Source: Chrysochromulina tobinii
Lineage: Eukaryota
NCBI GenBank assembly: GCA_001275005.1
Contig: JWZX01003182.1
Location: 1 to 56,670, forward strand
Direction: 5' to 3'
Length of the DNA: 56,670 bases
Made by a program: the position numbers and the translations under genes. The notes below the pieces were generated by a model, which saw only the letters and a list, made by a program, of their open reading frames with translations, made no database searches and had not been told where the DNA came from. This document shows positions 44,309 through 55,700 of this stretch, piece after piece (the first letter of the stretch is position 1; each line of letters starts with the position of its first letter).

Positions 44309-45790
44309 TCAGAGCCACGAGTCGTCCTCGTCGTCCTCGTCGCCGGCGGTGAGCGCCGCCTTCTCATACTTGGATCCGCGCGCAGCGGCATTGGACGCCG
44401 CGCTCGTGACCGCAGCGGCGAGGGCCTGTGCGCCTTGCTTCACCGCGCTGTGGGCGCCCTGTTTCACAGCGATGTGCGCCGCCACTGGCCGCGCCACCAT
44501 CGGACGTGCCATTGCTGGCCGTGCCGGCGCGATGCAATGCGTCGGCGCGCGCACCCCGACCCCTCGCTGTGGTGCGCCGTACCCCAATCCGGCGCCGTCT
44601 GACGAATCCGCAGAGTCTTCACAGCTCGCGCTCGCGGTAGCGCCCTTGAGGGCAGCCACTTGTGCACGAAGGTCCTGCAGGGCGGCCAGCGCTTCCAGCG
44701 GCGTGTCGTCAAAGTCTGCCGGCGTCTCGTCAAAGGTTGGCGCGAGATCAATCGCCCTGTCGTGCCGCTTGTTCACCTGGGTACCAAGCTTACGCGACAT
44801 GACCTCAAAGACGAGATGACGAATGCCTACGCCTACCAGGACGAAGAGTATACCTGCCACGATAAAAAGGCGTGCCGGCTGAGGCGGAGGTGGCGGTGGC
44901 TGAGCTAGTGCAGCGCTGTGCTCATGAGGTGGTGGTGGCCGAGGTGGAGGCCGCGGTGGATGATCCAGCACAGCGCCGTGCGTGAGAGGTGGCGGTGGGT
45001 CCGGAGGCGGTGGCGAGGGATCGGGCGGTGCAGGTGGCGGCGAGGGCGACTGAGAAGCGCCGTGCGTTAGCAGCGCATGAAGTGGCGCTGGTGACTGTGC
45101 ACGCGGCGGTGGCGGCGGTGGCGGCGGCGCAACCTCCTCGGCCTCCTCGGCCTCCTCGGCCTCCTCCGCCTCCTCCGCCTCCTCCGCCTTCTCCGCTTCT
45201 TCTGATTCTTCCCACACGCTCGGGCACAGCCATCGTTCTGTGGCCGCCGCTGCTTGATGGACTTGAGCAGCTAGGCCGGCATCAAGCCGCCGGTGCGCAC
45301 GCCGCTGCTGCTGCTGGCGGGTTTCGCACGGCACACTGTGCAGCGGCATGCACATGGCGAAGAGGATTTCGGCACGCATGTAGCATCCATCGTGCGCGTC
45401 CGCACAGCAGTTGGGAGGCGCGAGACAACTGCCATAGCGCTGCGAGCATTGCGCCGGAGCCGTTGCGCGTTGCTGCGGCCCTCCCGTGGGGAATGACGAC
45501 GGCTGTGACGATCGCGGCGGTGGCGGCAGTGGCAATGGCGGCGAAGGCGGCAAAGGCAGCGGCAGCAGCAGCGAGGGTGGCGGCGGTCGCGGTGAGCTTG
45601 GCGGCGGTAGCAGCGGCGAGCCCATGGCATTCCGTGGGCAGCCGATCGCTGCTCCACAGCTGCCGCACAACGGATGATTGCAAGTGTCTAACAAACTCTG
45701 GCTGGCCCAGGCCGCACACGAGGTTTCGCACTTACCCAAAGCGGCATGTGAGCGAAGTAACAGCAGCATCCACCGCCAGGTCCGCACCAT
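44309..45790 (-). CDS. Pro-rich type I membrane protein with Cys-rich extracellular modules (one CBM1-like)
   Basis: Signal-like N-terminus, CETSCAAW..C..C..C module, CSQRYGSC..NCC..GCY..FAMC module, (EEA)n and poly-Pro stalks, TM LFIVAGILFVLVGVGI. Confidence 0.7.
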   Translation of the reverse strand: MVRTWRWMLLLLRSHAALGKCETSCAAWASQSLLDTCNHPLCGSCGAAIGCPRNAMGSPLLPPPSSPRPPPPSLLLPLPLPPSPPLPLPPPPRSSQPSSFPTGGPQQRATAPAQCSQRYGSCLAPPNCCADAHDGCYMRAEILFAMCMPLHSVPCETRQQQQRRAHRRLDAGLAAQVHQAAAATERWLCPSVWEESEEAEKAEEAEEAEEAEEAEEAEEVAPPPPPPPPRAQSPAPLHALLTHGASQSPSPPPAPPDPSPPPPDPPPPLTHGAVLDHPPRPPPRPPPPHEHSAALAQPPPPPPQPARLFIVAGILFVLVGVGIRHLVFEVMSRKLGTQVNKRHDRAIDLAPTFDETPADFDDTPLEALAALQDLRAQVAALKGATASASCEDSADSSDGAGLGYGAPQRGVGVRAPTHCIAPARPAMARPMVARPVAAHIAVKQGAHSAVKQGAQALAAAVTSAASNAAARGSKYEKAALTAGDEDDEDDSWL

Positions 45791-47114
45791 CGCGCCGCCG
45801 CGACACCGAGACGAAGACGCGAGTCGCGACACGCGACACCGCGACGAAGTGTGAATGTGTATGTGTGTGAATTAAAACAGGACCACACAATACACTGTGT
45901 GTGTATGTGAGTCCTTTTAGAAAGTTCCCCCCTTTTAGAAAGTTTGACAATAATTAAAAATGTCGGTGGAGCCCGCCCATCTACGCTCGAACCCGCCCGC
46001 CAGCGCGGGCCCAGCTCGCCCTCTCAAGCTCGCGCGACCCCCCAACCCGCCCGGCCTCCCACTAACTAGCCTGGCAGGCCAAGATCGATTCTCATCGCGG
46101 CCATCATCACCATCTCCGCGATGCGCGCGCTCTCTATCTCTCAATCCTACTTCATAGTGCCTCGGCGCTCCCTGAAGATGCTGCGTGGGAGCCGGCGCTC
46201 CTTCCGGCTATCGATCCGGCTATAGACCCCAAACGACCTCTCTCAGCAGATCCCCAATGACGCTCGCCGCTCTGCGACTCTCCTCAGGGACCCCCACCAG
46301 CGCACGCTCGAGCTCCATTGAGATGGCCTGTTTTCCATCATCAACCGTCGTCTCGCACAAAGAAGAAAGAAAGAGAAAGAAAGCTTCCAAAAGAAGAAAG
46401 TTCCCAAAAGAAAGTCCATCCCCAAAACACCTCCCAGTAAAAACAAGTCAAGTCAATACTGACACACACCACTCTCTTACAAATATACACACACAAATCC
46501 CTAAAGAACACAATCTCGTCACCGCCCTCCCCCTCAGGGGGTGGGCGCGGCCGGCTCCCCATAAGGGGTCGGTCACGACGAGGACCACCACGACCCCGTC
46601 GCCCTACGGCGCGACGCCCCCCCATCCGGGGGCGGGCCGTGAAACGCACCGAAAAATCCTCCCCAGGGTGGATGTTTTCTACAACCTCCCGAACTTCCCC
46701 TACGGAAAAGGGGGGTTCGATGTGTCGGGAGGGGGGGGGTAAGGGGTCACCGGGTGTCATCACACTGATGAACCCCGGACCGTATAGGCCGTTATACTTG
46801 TGGGGGCTTCTCGTAGGGGGGTGCCAAACGAACCGCCCTCTGCCAAGGGGGAGTTCGCTAGCCGCCCGATGGTCGCCCGCCTCGTTAGGTACGGTCCGGT
46901 GAGACAAAAGAAAAACTTTTCTATTGCACCTAACAAATGCACTGCGGTCCTTCACCGCTTAACCGCGTCTCGCACCGCTTGTTTTCCTGCATCTGCCATA
47001 TCAAATCGTCCAATTGTTGCGTAACTCGAGGTCAAGCTTCGGCTATGGTATGGGCGCTGGGTCGAGGAGCCCCGCCTCAACATTTTGATACGAAAATAGA
47101 AGCGTCAGTCTGAT

Positions 47115-48883
47115 TCAGCTGTGGGACAAAGGCGGGAGCACCTTATACGGGTTGAGGATGCCTTTCGGGTCGAGGAGCCCCTTGATCCCGCGCATCAACT
47201 CGATCATCGACTCGCTCTTCGACATGCGTAGGAAGGCAGGCTTCATCACGCCTAGCCCGTGCTCGGCGGATATCGAACCTCGCCGCTCGGCAATCCACTC
47301 ATACACAAAGGGCTCAATGGCCGCGAGCACCGCCGGGTCCTTGTTAAAGCGGCCGGGCGTGTAGATGTTGAGGTGCAGGTTGCCATCGCCCAGGTGACCG
47401 AAGCCCGTCACGAGCGCGCCATGCGCCTCAAGCCGCGCTCGCATCACCTCGCACAGCGTGTAGAGCTCGGCCAACGGGATGGACACATCGTACTTGTACA
47501 CGGCACCCTCCTTGCCCAGGGCCGACGTGATCCCCTCACGCACGCGCCAGATGCCCTGCGATTGCGCCTGGTCCTGTGCAATCGTGCCATCGGCCACCAG
47601 GCCCTCCGCCATCACGTGCTCCAGGAAGCCGCTCAATTTCGCCTGATCGTGCTCGGCACGGCTGCCACAGAGCTCGGGCAGCACGCACTGGCCATCAGCG
47701 GCGACCGGTGGTACTCAGTGGGCATACGTGGGCCTCAATGGCGATCCGTGACCATCCGTGGCCGTCCATGACCATCCGTGGGCCATCGGTGGCCATCAAG
47801 TCGTCATCAGTGACCATGCTTGGCCATCAGTCGCCATCCATGGCCATCTGTCGCAATCCATCGCAATCCAGAGCACACAGACCTGCCAGAGAGCTCAAGC
47901 AGCATGTAGTGGCGGCTTCCGGGTGCGAGCGGCGGCGGTCGCCCCCCAAGGTGCCGGTTGACGAGCTCGTACGACTCGGCATCGAGGAACTCCACCGCAG
48001 AGAGAACCTCGCCAAGATCTCGCTTGGCTGCGCCGAAGCATGCAAGCACCGCATCGAAGGAGGAGAGCCCTAAAAAGGCAAGCTGGACGGAGGTGGGCGC
48101 CCGTGGCAGCGCGATCGCGCAGCCGGTGACCACTCCAAGCGTGCCCTCCGAGCCGATGAAAAGCTGCTTCAGGTCGTACCCCGTGTTGTCCTTGCGCAGC
48201 GCGGTCAGATTATCGAGCACGGTGCCGTCTGCCAGCACTACCTCGAGCCCGAGGACCGAACCATGGAGCGAGCCGTAGCGCAAGAAGCGCAGGCCGCCCG
48301 CGTTGGTCGCAATGTTGCCACCGATCTGGCAGCTGCCCTTGGCGCCGAGGTCCAGTGGCATCGTGTACCCGCGCTTCCACACATACTCCTGCAGCGTCTC
48401 GAGCACGCAGCCGGCCTCGCAGACCAAGTTGCCCGCATGCTCATCCATGGCGAGCACGCGGTTCATGCGGCCGAGCGAGAGCACCACCTCGTCGTCGACT
48501 GGAACGCTGCCGCCGACTAGCCCCGTGTTACCCCCCTGCGGCACGATCGGCAGGCGCCGCTCGTTGCAGTGCGCGAGGATGCGCGACACCTCCGTCGTGC
48601 TGCCCGGGCGCAGCGCGAGTCGGGACTTGCCGCGGTACTTGCGCATCCAATCGGTGTTGTAGTGTTCCAAGGCCGCCTCATCGGTGATCACATTCGAGCC
48701 GCCGACTACCGTTGTAAAGTGCTGCACGTCTAGCTCCGTGAGCTCACTGTACGCAGCCGCCGGCGCAGCCGAGACTCGTGTGTCAACACTGGTGCTGCGG
48801 CGGCATGCAGGCCGGAGGTAACCACATGCGCCGCTTGTGGCTGCAGAACGCGAGGATGAGAGCTTGCGGAGGGTGCGGCGCAT
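47115..48883 (-). CDS. D2HGDH: D-2-hydroxyglutarate dehydrogenase (FAD-linked; exons 48883-47883, 47661-47115)
   Basis: [77 protein letters not shown]. Arg/Ser-rich presequence. Confidence 0.95.
47662..47882 (-). repeat. D2HGDH intron, 221 nt, filled with a degenerate 10-11-nt tandem repeat
   Basis: GGC AG|gtctgt...gtggcag|C. Plus-strand units include accatccgtg, gccatcagtc and gcaatccatc. Confidence 0.88.
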
Positions 48884-49181
48884 TCTTCGCGCGAGTCGAA
48901 GGAGGCGGTTGGGGGGTGTGAGGGTCACTGCGAGCAGAGGAGTTCACAAAGAGAGGAAGGACATTATTGCGTTCACGAATCTTCTCTGTGTGAAAAAGCT
49001 GTTAGTTGTGCACCACGCGACCGCTGCGGCCAGCGCGGCTATGTTTCGTGAGTTAGTGGTCGAGGTGGTGCGTTCTTGCGTTTGTTCGAGCTGACCTTTC
49101 GCACATGCACGTGGTCTCCCTGTCGCGCGTCGACTCGTGTGCTGTGTGACCTTCGCAATCCCGCGGGGACGCTCCACACCC

Positions 49182-50396
49182 ATGAGCAGATCCGACGACG
49201 ACGACGACGATGCCTTTGCCGTCTGCCTCCACAACGGCTTAGTAGACGGCTCCGAGGGAGCGTGCTGCACGGACTTCGCTGTTTGGGACGGGCTTCTGCC
49301 GCTGCGCGGCGAAGCACTCACGAGCTTTCGTGAAGAGGCCTTGTTTGCCGCGTGGCCGCTGGCTAAGGGAAGCTTTTGGTTGCCAGCATCCTCGACGCCC
49401 GTCAACGCACTCGAGGCACTCGCGAGGCGCATCTACGACTTCCACTTGCGAGACCATGCGCGGCCGTCTGATCTCGTCATCGACCCGGAGACCAGCGGCT
49501 GCGAGTGGTGGGCTAACTTGACGCGGTCGGACCTGCTCCGGAGCGGCGCCGGAGACATTGGCTTCCACTTTGACAAGGATGAGGGCTCGTACTCCGAGTT
49601 TGGGCTCGTCGTGCACCCGCTGCTGTCGACGGTCACCTATCTGACCGCCGAAGGCGCACCCACCATCTTGCTCCCGCATCTCACCTTGAGCGAGGCGACT
49701 GCGGCCACCGCGGCCTACGAGCGCAGCCCGCATACGGCCCCACCTGGGAGCTTGGCCCAAGAGGCGCTGGCCGTGCCCCCGCGGATCGGCCGCCACCTTT
49801 GCTTCGACGGGCGCTGGCTGCACGGCGCCCCGGCGAGCATGCGACCGACGACTGCCGACGGCCTCGAGACCTCGTATGAGCGAGTCACCTTTTGTGTCAA
49901 CGTGTGGATCAACCATAAACCTCGCCAGCTTCGGCGCTTCGAGGCGGGTGCGTCGGCGAGCTTGATGGCACGGCACGCGAACGATGGGGCCGCGGCGGCC
50001 GACCTTGGCCTCCGAGCCGCCAGCGCGCAGGCGGCGCGCGCCAAGCGCCAGGCGACTGTTCACACGCTCCGTTCGACAGGCGCGCCGGAGTCTGAGCGCC
50101 ACGGCGGGCGCCATGGCAACCTGCTCCGGTTCCCGCTAGAGCAGACGGATGTGCTGCACGAGCTGCGGTTGTACGCACCGCCTCGCCTCGCCTCGATGCT
50201 GCGCCGCGGATGCGTCGTGCGCCTGCGCGACGGCGTGGACGTGGGGCCAGCGGATACAGCTGACGCCGTGGGCCTGGCGGACTCTGAAGCGCATGCCGCC
50301 CCGCAATCTCAAACTCAAGTACCGGACAGCAAGGACGACCAAACGGCGTCTGGCGACCTCGCGCGCGCGCGGAAGCGCCGGAAATCCACCTCATAA
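49182..50396 (+). CDS. Putative 2OG-Fe(II) oxygenase-like protein
   Basis: GCEWW, FHFDKDE (HxD), HPLLSTVTYL, FDGRWLHG (distal His), RVTFCVNVW (2OG-binding Arg). Confidence 0.75.
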   Translation: MSRSDDDDDDAFAVCLHNGLVDGSEGACCTDFAVWDGLLPLRGEALTSFREEALFAAWPLAKGSFWLPASSTPVNALEALARRIYDFHLRDHARPSDLVIDPETSGCEWWANLTRSDLLRSGAGDIGFHFDKDEGSYSEFGLVVHPLLSTVTYLTAEGAPTILLPHLTLSEATAATAAYERSPHTAPPGSLAQEALAVPPRIGRHLCFDGRWLHGAPASMRPTTADGLETSYERVTFCVNVWINHKPRQLRRFEAGASASLMARHANDGAAAADLGLRAASAQAARAKRQATVHTLRSTGAPESERHGGRHGNLLRFPLEQTDVLHELRLYAPPRLASMLRRGCVVRLRDGVDVGPADTADAVGLADSEAHAAPQSQTQVPDSKDDQTASGDLARARKRRKSTS

Positions 50397-50514
50397 AGTC
50401 AAATTCAAATGTGTTGTTTCCATAATTGACGAAAACGATCGTCGGCCGCGCGGAACCCGCCCTTTTCGTCGTTCACACGGCCTCCGCTTGCTGCTGCTTG
50501 GCCTCCTGCTCACG

Positions 50515-52656
50515 ATGGCAGCTGTGTATGTGGAGGGTTATCTGTACAAGACAGGCGGCGGAGGGCAGGCGTGGTCGAATCGCGCCTGGAAGCGGCGCTG
50601 GGTGAAACTCGAGTTCGACCGCTCGATCAGATATCACGCCTGGCTTTTCTACTTCCGGGACAAGGCCGCTGCAAAGCCACGCGGGGCCGTGTTGCTCTCG
50701 GAGGCAACCCTCGACTTACCCTCGGCTACAGACGATGAGCTGTGTGACGAGCTCGCCGCGATCGGGGTGCAGACCCGCCACTGCTTCTATCTTAAGGGAC
50801 AACACCGCACATACATGTTTGCAGCCGAGTCACACCACGAGCTGCAACGCTGGCTTCGGCCGCTTTCCGCCGTCATGCGCACTGAGCCTGCACTGTGCGA
50901 GCTCATCGCCTCGTTCACAACAAGCGCGGGCGAGCAGCCGGTCACCATCCGAGTGGCCAGCTTCAATATGGGCCGCGGCGTGCCGACCTCGTCGGAAGAC
51001 ATCCGTCGCTGGTTACGCCCCGATACGCGCCCCTCGCTCTACGCCGTCACCGTGCAGGAGTGCAAGTACGAGCCCGTCTTGGGCGCGAGCGACTGCGAGG
51101 GTGACTGGCTGCGCCTGCTCTCGCTCTCGCTCGGGCCCGAGTACGAGCGGCTCAGCTCGATCTCGATGCGCGATATCCGGCTGGCCGTCTACGTGCTGCG
51201 CGAGCTCGCGCACGAGGTCTCGCAGATCGAGACGGCGCACAAGGCGACCGGGTTGGGCGGAGTCGTCGGCAACAAGGGCGCGGTCGCGTCCTCCCTGCAT
51301 CTGCGCAACTCCAGCCTGTGCTTTGTCGGCGCGCACTTGGCGGCGCGCCCCGAGAGGCTCGCGGAGCGCAATGCCAACTTCGCCGACATCCTCGAGGGCT
51401 TGCGCCTCGGCCGCAAGGAGTTTGAGCTCACGCAGCAGTTCCACCACGTCTTCTGGGCGGGCGACCTCAACTACCGAGTCGAGCTCCCCTTTGAGGAGGC
51501 GATCTCCGCGGCTGAGACCGTCCAGCTGCCCGGCGGTGGCGCCAAGATCGTCGGCCTCGCCAAGCTGCTCGAGTCGGATCAACTCAGACGCGAACGAGGC
51601 GCGGGGAACGCCTTCCAGGGCTTCGTCGAGCCGCCGCTCACTTTCGCGCCCACGTACAAATGTGAAGTGGGCGTCTTCCCGCGTGTGTATGCGGATAAGC
51701 GTGGCCAGGCGCCCTCGTTCACAGACCGCGTGCTGTACCACTCGCTCGCGCGCTGCGAACACGAGCTCGCGGTGCTCTCGTACGAGGCAGAGCCGACGGT
51801 TACGTTGAGCGACCACACGCCCGTGAGCGCCACCTTTGAGCTGCGTTTGCGTGCGCACCAACGGCTGCCTTCCATTCCAAAAGTCGAGCCGCTCCACAAG
51901 CCACGGTCGCCCCTCTCGACTCGGCAGGCGGCCGCTGCGGCGGCCAGCACCCACGAGCCGTGCCAACTGTGCATCACGGAGCTGACCGTCGAGCTCCTCA
52001 ACGTGCCTCCACCGTCGGCAGAGGGCGCCCTGTGCTGCTCGAGGGCCAGATGGGAGGGAGTTGGCGCGATACAACTCACCTACTCGGGCTCCTTCCTCGA
52101 GGCTGCAGGCGAGTCGATCGTCGTCCACGAGACGGGCACCGAGATTGCCGACGAAATTGCCCACCAGATGGTCGAGACGGACGCGGCCGTTACAGAAGCC
52201 GTTACAGAGGCAACGCTTGCCACGCCTCGACGGATCGTCGAGGCCGTGCTGCATCCGCTCGTGCATGACCTGGCTCATTTGCGCGAGCAGCATCTGCTCA
52301 TTCTGGTGCGGCAGGGCAAGACGCTCGTCGGCGGTGGCGCCCTGCCGCTCGCCAACCTATGCAGCCCACGCCTCGCCTCTTTTGAGTGCACGGTTACACT
52401 CCGCGGCAAGCCGACTGCCGTGCTGCGAGGGCGAGGGCAAGCATTCGAGGAGCGTCCGGGGGCTGCCATGAGCCGATGGCCGATGGCGTCAGTGCCGCCA
52501 GCACTGGCGCCAGCAGTGTTGCCAGCAGCGGTGCTCGAGAGGATGCGCGAAGGCGCGGCGGACGTCGACGCAGTGGACAAGGACGTGAAGGTCGACTCAA
52601 ACTGCACTGAAGACGACGTCGACGCCGTGAAGCAATGTGCTGTGTGGGAGATTTGA
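50515..52656 (+). CDS. PH-domain inositol polyphosphate 5-phosphatase with a C2-like C-terminal region
   Basis: EGYLYKTGG..WKRRWVKL (PH), SFNMG, VQEC, GNKGAV, FWAGDLNYR, FAPTYK, PSFTDRVL, SDHTPV. Confidence 0.92.
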   Translation: MAAVYVEGYLYKTGGGGQAWSNRAWKRRWVKLEFDRSIRYHAWLFYFRDKAAAKPRGAVLLSEATLDLPSATDDELCDELAAIGVQTRHCFYLKGQHRTYMFAAESHHELQRWLRPLSAVMRTEPALCELIASFTTSAGEQPVTIRVASFNMGRGVPTSSEDIRRWLRPDTRPSLYAVTVQECKYEPVLGASDCEGDWLRLLSLSLGPEYERLSSISMRDIRLAVYVLRELAHEVSQIETAHKATGLGGVVGNKGAVASSLHLRNSSLCFVGAHLAARPERLAERNANFADILEGLRLGRKEFELTQQFHHVFWAGDLNYRVELPFEEAISAAETVQLPGGGAKIVGLAKLLESDQLRRERGAGNAFQGFVEPPLTFAPTYKCEVGVFPRVYADKRGQAPSFTDRVLYHSLARCEHELAVLSYEAEPTVTLSDHTPVSATFELRLRAHQRLPSIPKVEPLHKPRSPLSTRQAAAAAASTHEPCQLCITELTVELLNVPPPSAEGALCCSRARWEGVGAIQLTYSGSFLEAAGESIVVHETGTEIADEIAHQMVETDAAVTEAVTEATLATPRRIVEAVLHPLVHDLAHLREQHLLILVRQGKTLVGGGALPLANLCSPRLASFECTVTLRGKPTAVLRGRGQAFEERPGAAMSRWPMASVPPALAPAVLPAAVLERMREGAADVDAVDKDVKVDSNCTEDDVDAVKQCAVWEI

Positions 52657-52728
52657 GGCGGCGTGGGCCCGCATGCAATTTGATGTTTCAGTGTGTCGTA
52701 ATTAAAGAAGTCCAATCTCAAGTCTTTC

Positions 52729-55700
52729 ATGGCGCTGGCTCATGAACATGATCTGTCCGCCGTCGGGCTGGCCAGCACAGCAGATAGCCCCAGCCCCGAC
52801 AAGCTGCACGTCCTCGAGTATGTCACGGATCTCTCGCCGATCCCAGAAGAGCAGTCGACTCCTGTTGCCATCGAGTTTTGCCGGCCAACACCTCAAGCGA
52901 GCCCACGCCCCCAGCCGCACGCCTCACCCGCCGTCTCGACGGGCTCGTCGCGCTCGTACACCAAGGTGTCGTTGTCCCCCGCGCGCGGTCTCCTGATGGA
53001 GGCGCACGAGCTAAAAACAAAGGCCGCCAAGAAGTCGCTGGCCCCGCTCCTCGCAGTCGGGGACAGCTTAACTCCGCTTCCGGCAGTGCTGTCACCAGTT
53101 CTTACGGGCGACGCGGTTGAGCCCGATAATCGGCGCGGAATCCTCGCCGTGCTAAGCGTGGGCTTGGTGAACACCATCATCACGGCCACGCTCGACAATC
53201 CCGTCGCCCTCCTTGCCGTTGCCGTCACGCTCGTCGCCGTCGCGATCCTCTACATGACCGTGTTTGGCTGGGGGGCCGAATGGGTGGCTTACGCGGCCCG
53301 AAGTGCACAGGAGCGGCACGTCCTCCACCAGGCCATCGAGGCATCCCATGCGCGAGAGCGCACGGTGGCCGACTCGTACTGGCAAGCCTGCCTGCGGCTG
53401 GTACAGTCGGAGGAGCTCATCGAGACAATGCAGGCAGAGCTGACGCAGGTTCCGCAGATGCGCAAGGAGCTCGTCAGTGCCGCAGCGAAAGCGAGGGTGC
53501 ACGCGCAGCGGATCGAGTGGCTCACAAGCCAGCTGCCACGCCGGCTCAAGCATCCGATGCTTCAGCCCGCCAGCCTTGCGCTTCGCTCACCTTCCAGCGG
53601 CGTCACTGCCGACGGCAGCACCATCACTGAGGCGACCGTTGATGACATGGGAAATGTGTCGGCAGGGACGAGGAGCCCCGCTGCGGCGGCCCGTGCTCCG
53701 CCTCCCTCTGACAGAGCGCGAACCACGCAGGAGCTGCCCGAGTGGGTCGCGCCGTTCGCAGTTTGTTTCTCTTTCGCTACGGGCGAGGAGGCTGCTGCCG
53801 AGGGCCAACCGGCGATGGAGTCGGCGCTGGCGGCGGAGGGGGCGCGCGTGGCAACCGAGAGAGCGCGGGCGAGGGTGGAGGGAGCACGGGCGGAGGTTGG
53901 CGCGGCGCCTTCAGAGTCAGCGCAGGCGGAGGTGGAGGTGTCGTCGCCCTTCCGTCTCGACGAGTTCACAGATGTGCATGCGGAGTCGCCGTTCGGGACG
54001 AGATCAAGTGCAGAACGGGTGGAGATGGATGACGAGGGTGAGGTAGAGGCCGAGCTACGTGCCACGATGGAGGAGGCAGCGAGGGCGGAGGAGGCGGTGA
54101 GGGTGGCCATCGAGATCGCCTCCCACGTGGCCGCTCAGAAACTGATGCCGAAGGAGGTCGAAAAGCGCATGAAGCAGGCGACTGCGCAGCTGCTGGCCGC
54201 TGCTGCCAAGTCTGCAGAGAAAGCCGCTGTCGAGAAAGCCGCTGTCGAGAAGGCAGCGGCCGAGAAGGCCGCTGTAGCGAAGGCAGCCGCCGAGAAGGCA
54301 GCGGGCGAGAAGGCAGCGGGCGAGAAGGCAGCGGCCGAGAAGGCGACGGCCGAGAAGGTGGAGGCCGAGAAGGTGGGGTCCGAGAAGGCAGCGGCCGAAA
54401 AGGCAGCGACCGAGAAGGCGGCTGTCGAGAAGGCAGCGGCCGAGAAGGCCGCTGTAGAGAAGGCATCCGACGAGAAGGCGACGGCCGAGAAGGCGGCTGT
54501 CGAGAAGGTGGTGGCCGAGAAGGCAGCGGCCGAGAAGGTGGAGGCCGAGAAGGCCGCTGTAGAGAAGGCCGCGGCCGAGAAGGCAGCGGCCGAGAAGGCA
54601 GCGGCCGAGAAGGCAGCGGCCGAGAAGGCCGCAGCCGAGAAGGCCGCGGCCGAGAAGGCAGCGGTCGAGAAGGCAGCGGTCGAGAAGGAAACGGCCGAGA
54701 AGGTGGAGGCCGAGAAGGCAGCGGCCGAGAAGGCAGCGGCCGAGAAGGCAGCGGCCGAGAAGGCGACGGCCGAGAAGGCAGCGGCCGAGAAGGTGGTGGC
54801 CGAGAAGGCAGCGGCCGAGAAGGTGGAGGCCGAGAAGGCAGCGGCCGAGAAGGCCGCTGTAGAGAAGGCAGCCGCCGAGAAGGCATCGGCCGAGAAGGCA
54901 GCGGTCGAGAAGGAAACGGCCGAGAAGGTGGAGGCCGAGAAGGCAGCGGCCGAGAAGGCAGCGGCCGAGAAGGCGACGGCCGAGAAGGCAGCGGCCGAGA
55001 AGGAAACGGCCGAGAAGGAAACGGCCGAGAAGGTGGAGGCCGAGAAGGCAGCGGCCGAGAAGGCAGCGGCCGAGAAGGCAGCGGCCGAGAAGGCGACGGC
55101 CGAGAAGGCAGCGGCCGAGAAGGAAACGGCCGAGAAGGCCGCTGTAGAGAAGGCAGCGGGCGAGAAGCTAGCGGGCGAGAAGGCGACGGCCGAGAAGGCA
55201 GCGGCCGAGAAGGCAGCGGTCGAGAAGGCAGCGGCCGAGAAGGTGGTGGCCGAGAAGGCAGCGGCCGAGAAGGCAGCGGTCGAGAAGGCAGCGGTCGAGA
55301 AGGCAGCGGCCGAGAAGGTGGTGGCCGAGAAGGGAGCGGCCGAGAAGGAAACGGCCGAGAAGGCCGCTGTAGAGAAGGCCGCTGTAGAGAAGGCAGCGGC
55401 CGAGAAGGCAGCGGCCGAGAAGGCGGCTGCCGAGAATGAAGCTGTCAAGGTGGCAGAGGTGGCCAGACAAGCAGAGGATGCGAAGGCGTCAGCCGCAACG
55501 GCCGCTAGGGCTTCGGAGGTGGCCTGGGCGGCGGAGGCAGCGAGAACGGCAATCGCCAGAGCGGCGAAGGCGGAGGCAGATCTTTGGGCCAAGGCGGAGG
55601 CGGCGAGGAAATCGGAGGCGGATCTTTGGGGGCACTTGGCCGCTTCAGTCCCGGCCGCGGCATCGATCATCCTGACCGCAAGCTTGGCTTATGAGACGAG

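Noticed and set aside
45913..45944. ccttttagaaagtt direct repeat as a heat-shock element
   Set aside because: Only one perfect GAAnnTTC; too weak to call.
45960..46500. Solo LTR
   Set aside because: Begins with TG and has CT- and A-rich tracts, but no partner LTR, primer-binding site or target-site duplication could be identified.
46405..46815. RNase MRP/P or telomerase RNA identity for the structured element
   Set aside because: gaaagtcc and gggggct only loosely resemble the P4 motifs and do not pair properly; ccctaaa occurs once, too short for a template.
47690..47870. Repeat array as a CRISPR array
   Set aside because: Contiguous degenerate 10-11-mers with no spacers, inside a spliceosomal intron; no cas genes.
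54135..55670. 511-aa antisense ORF (AAAFS)n and 306-aa (PSRPL)n ORF
   Set aside because: Stop-free mirror frames of the 15-nt AEKAA repeat; no independent coding evidence.
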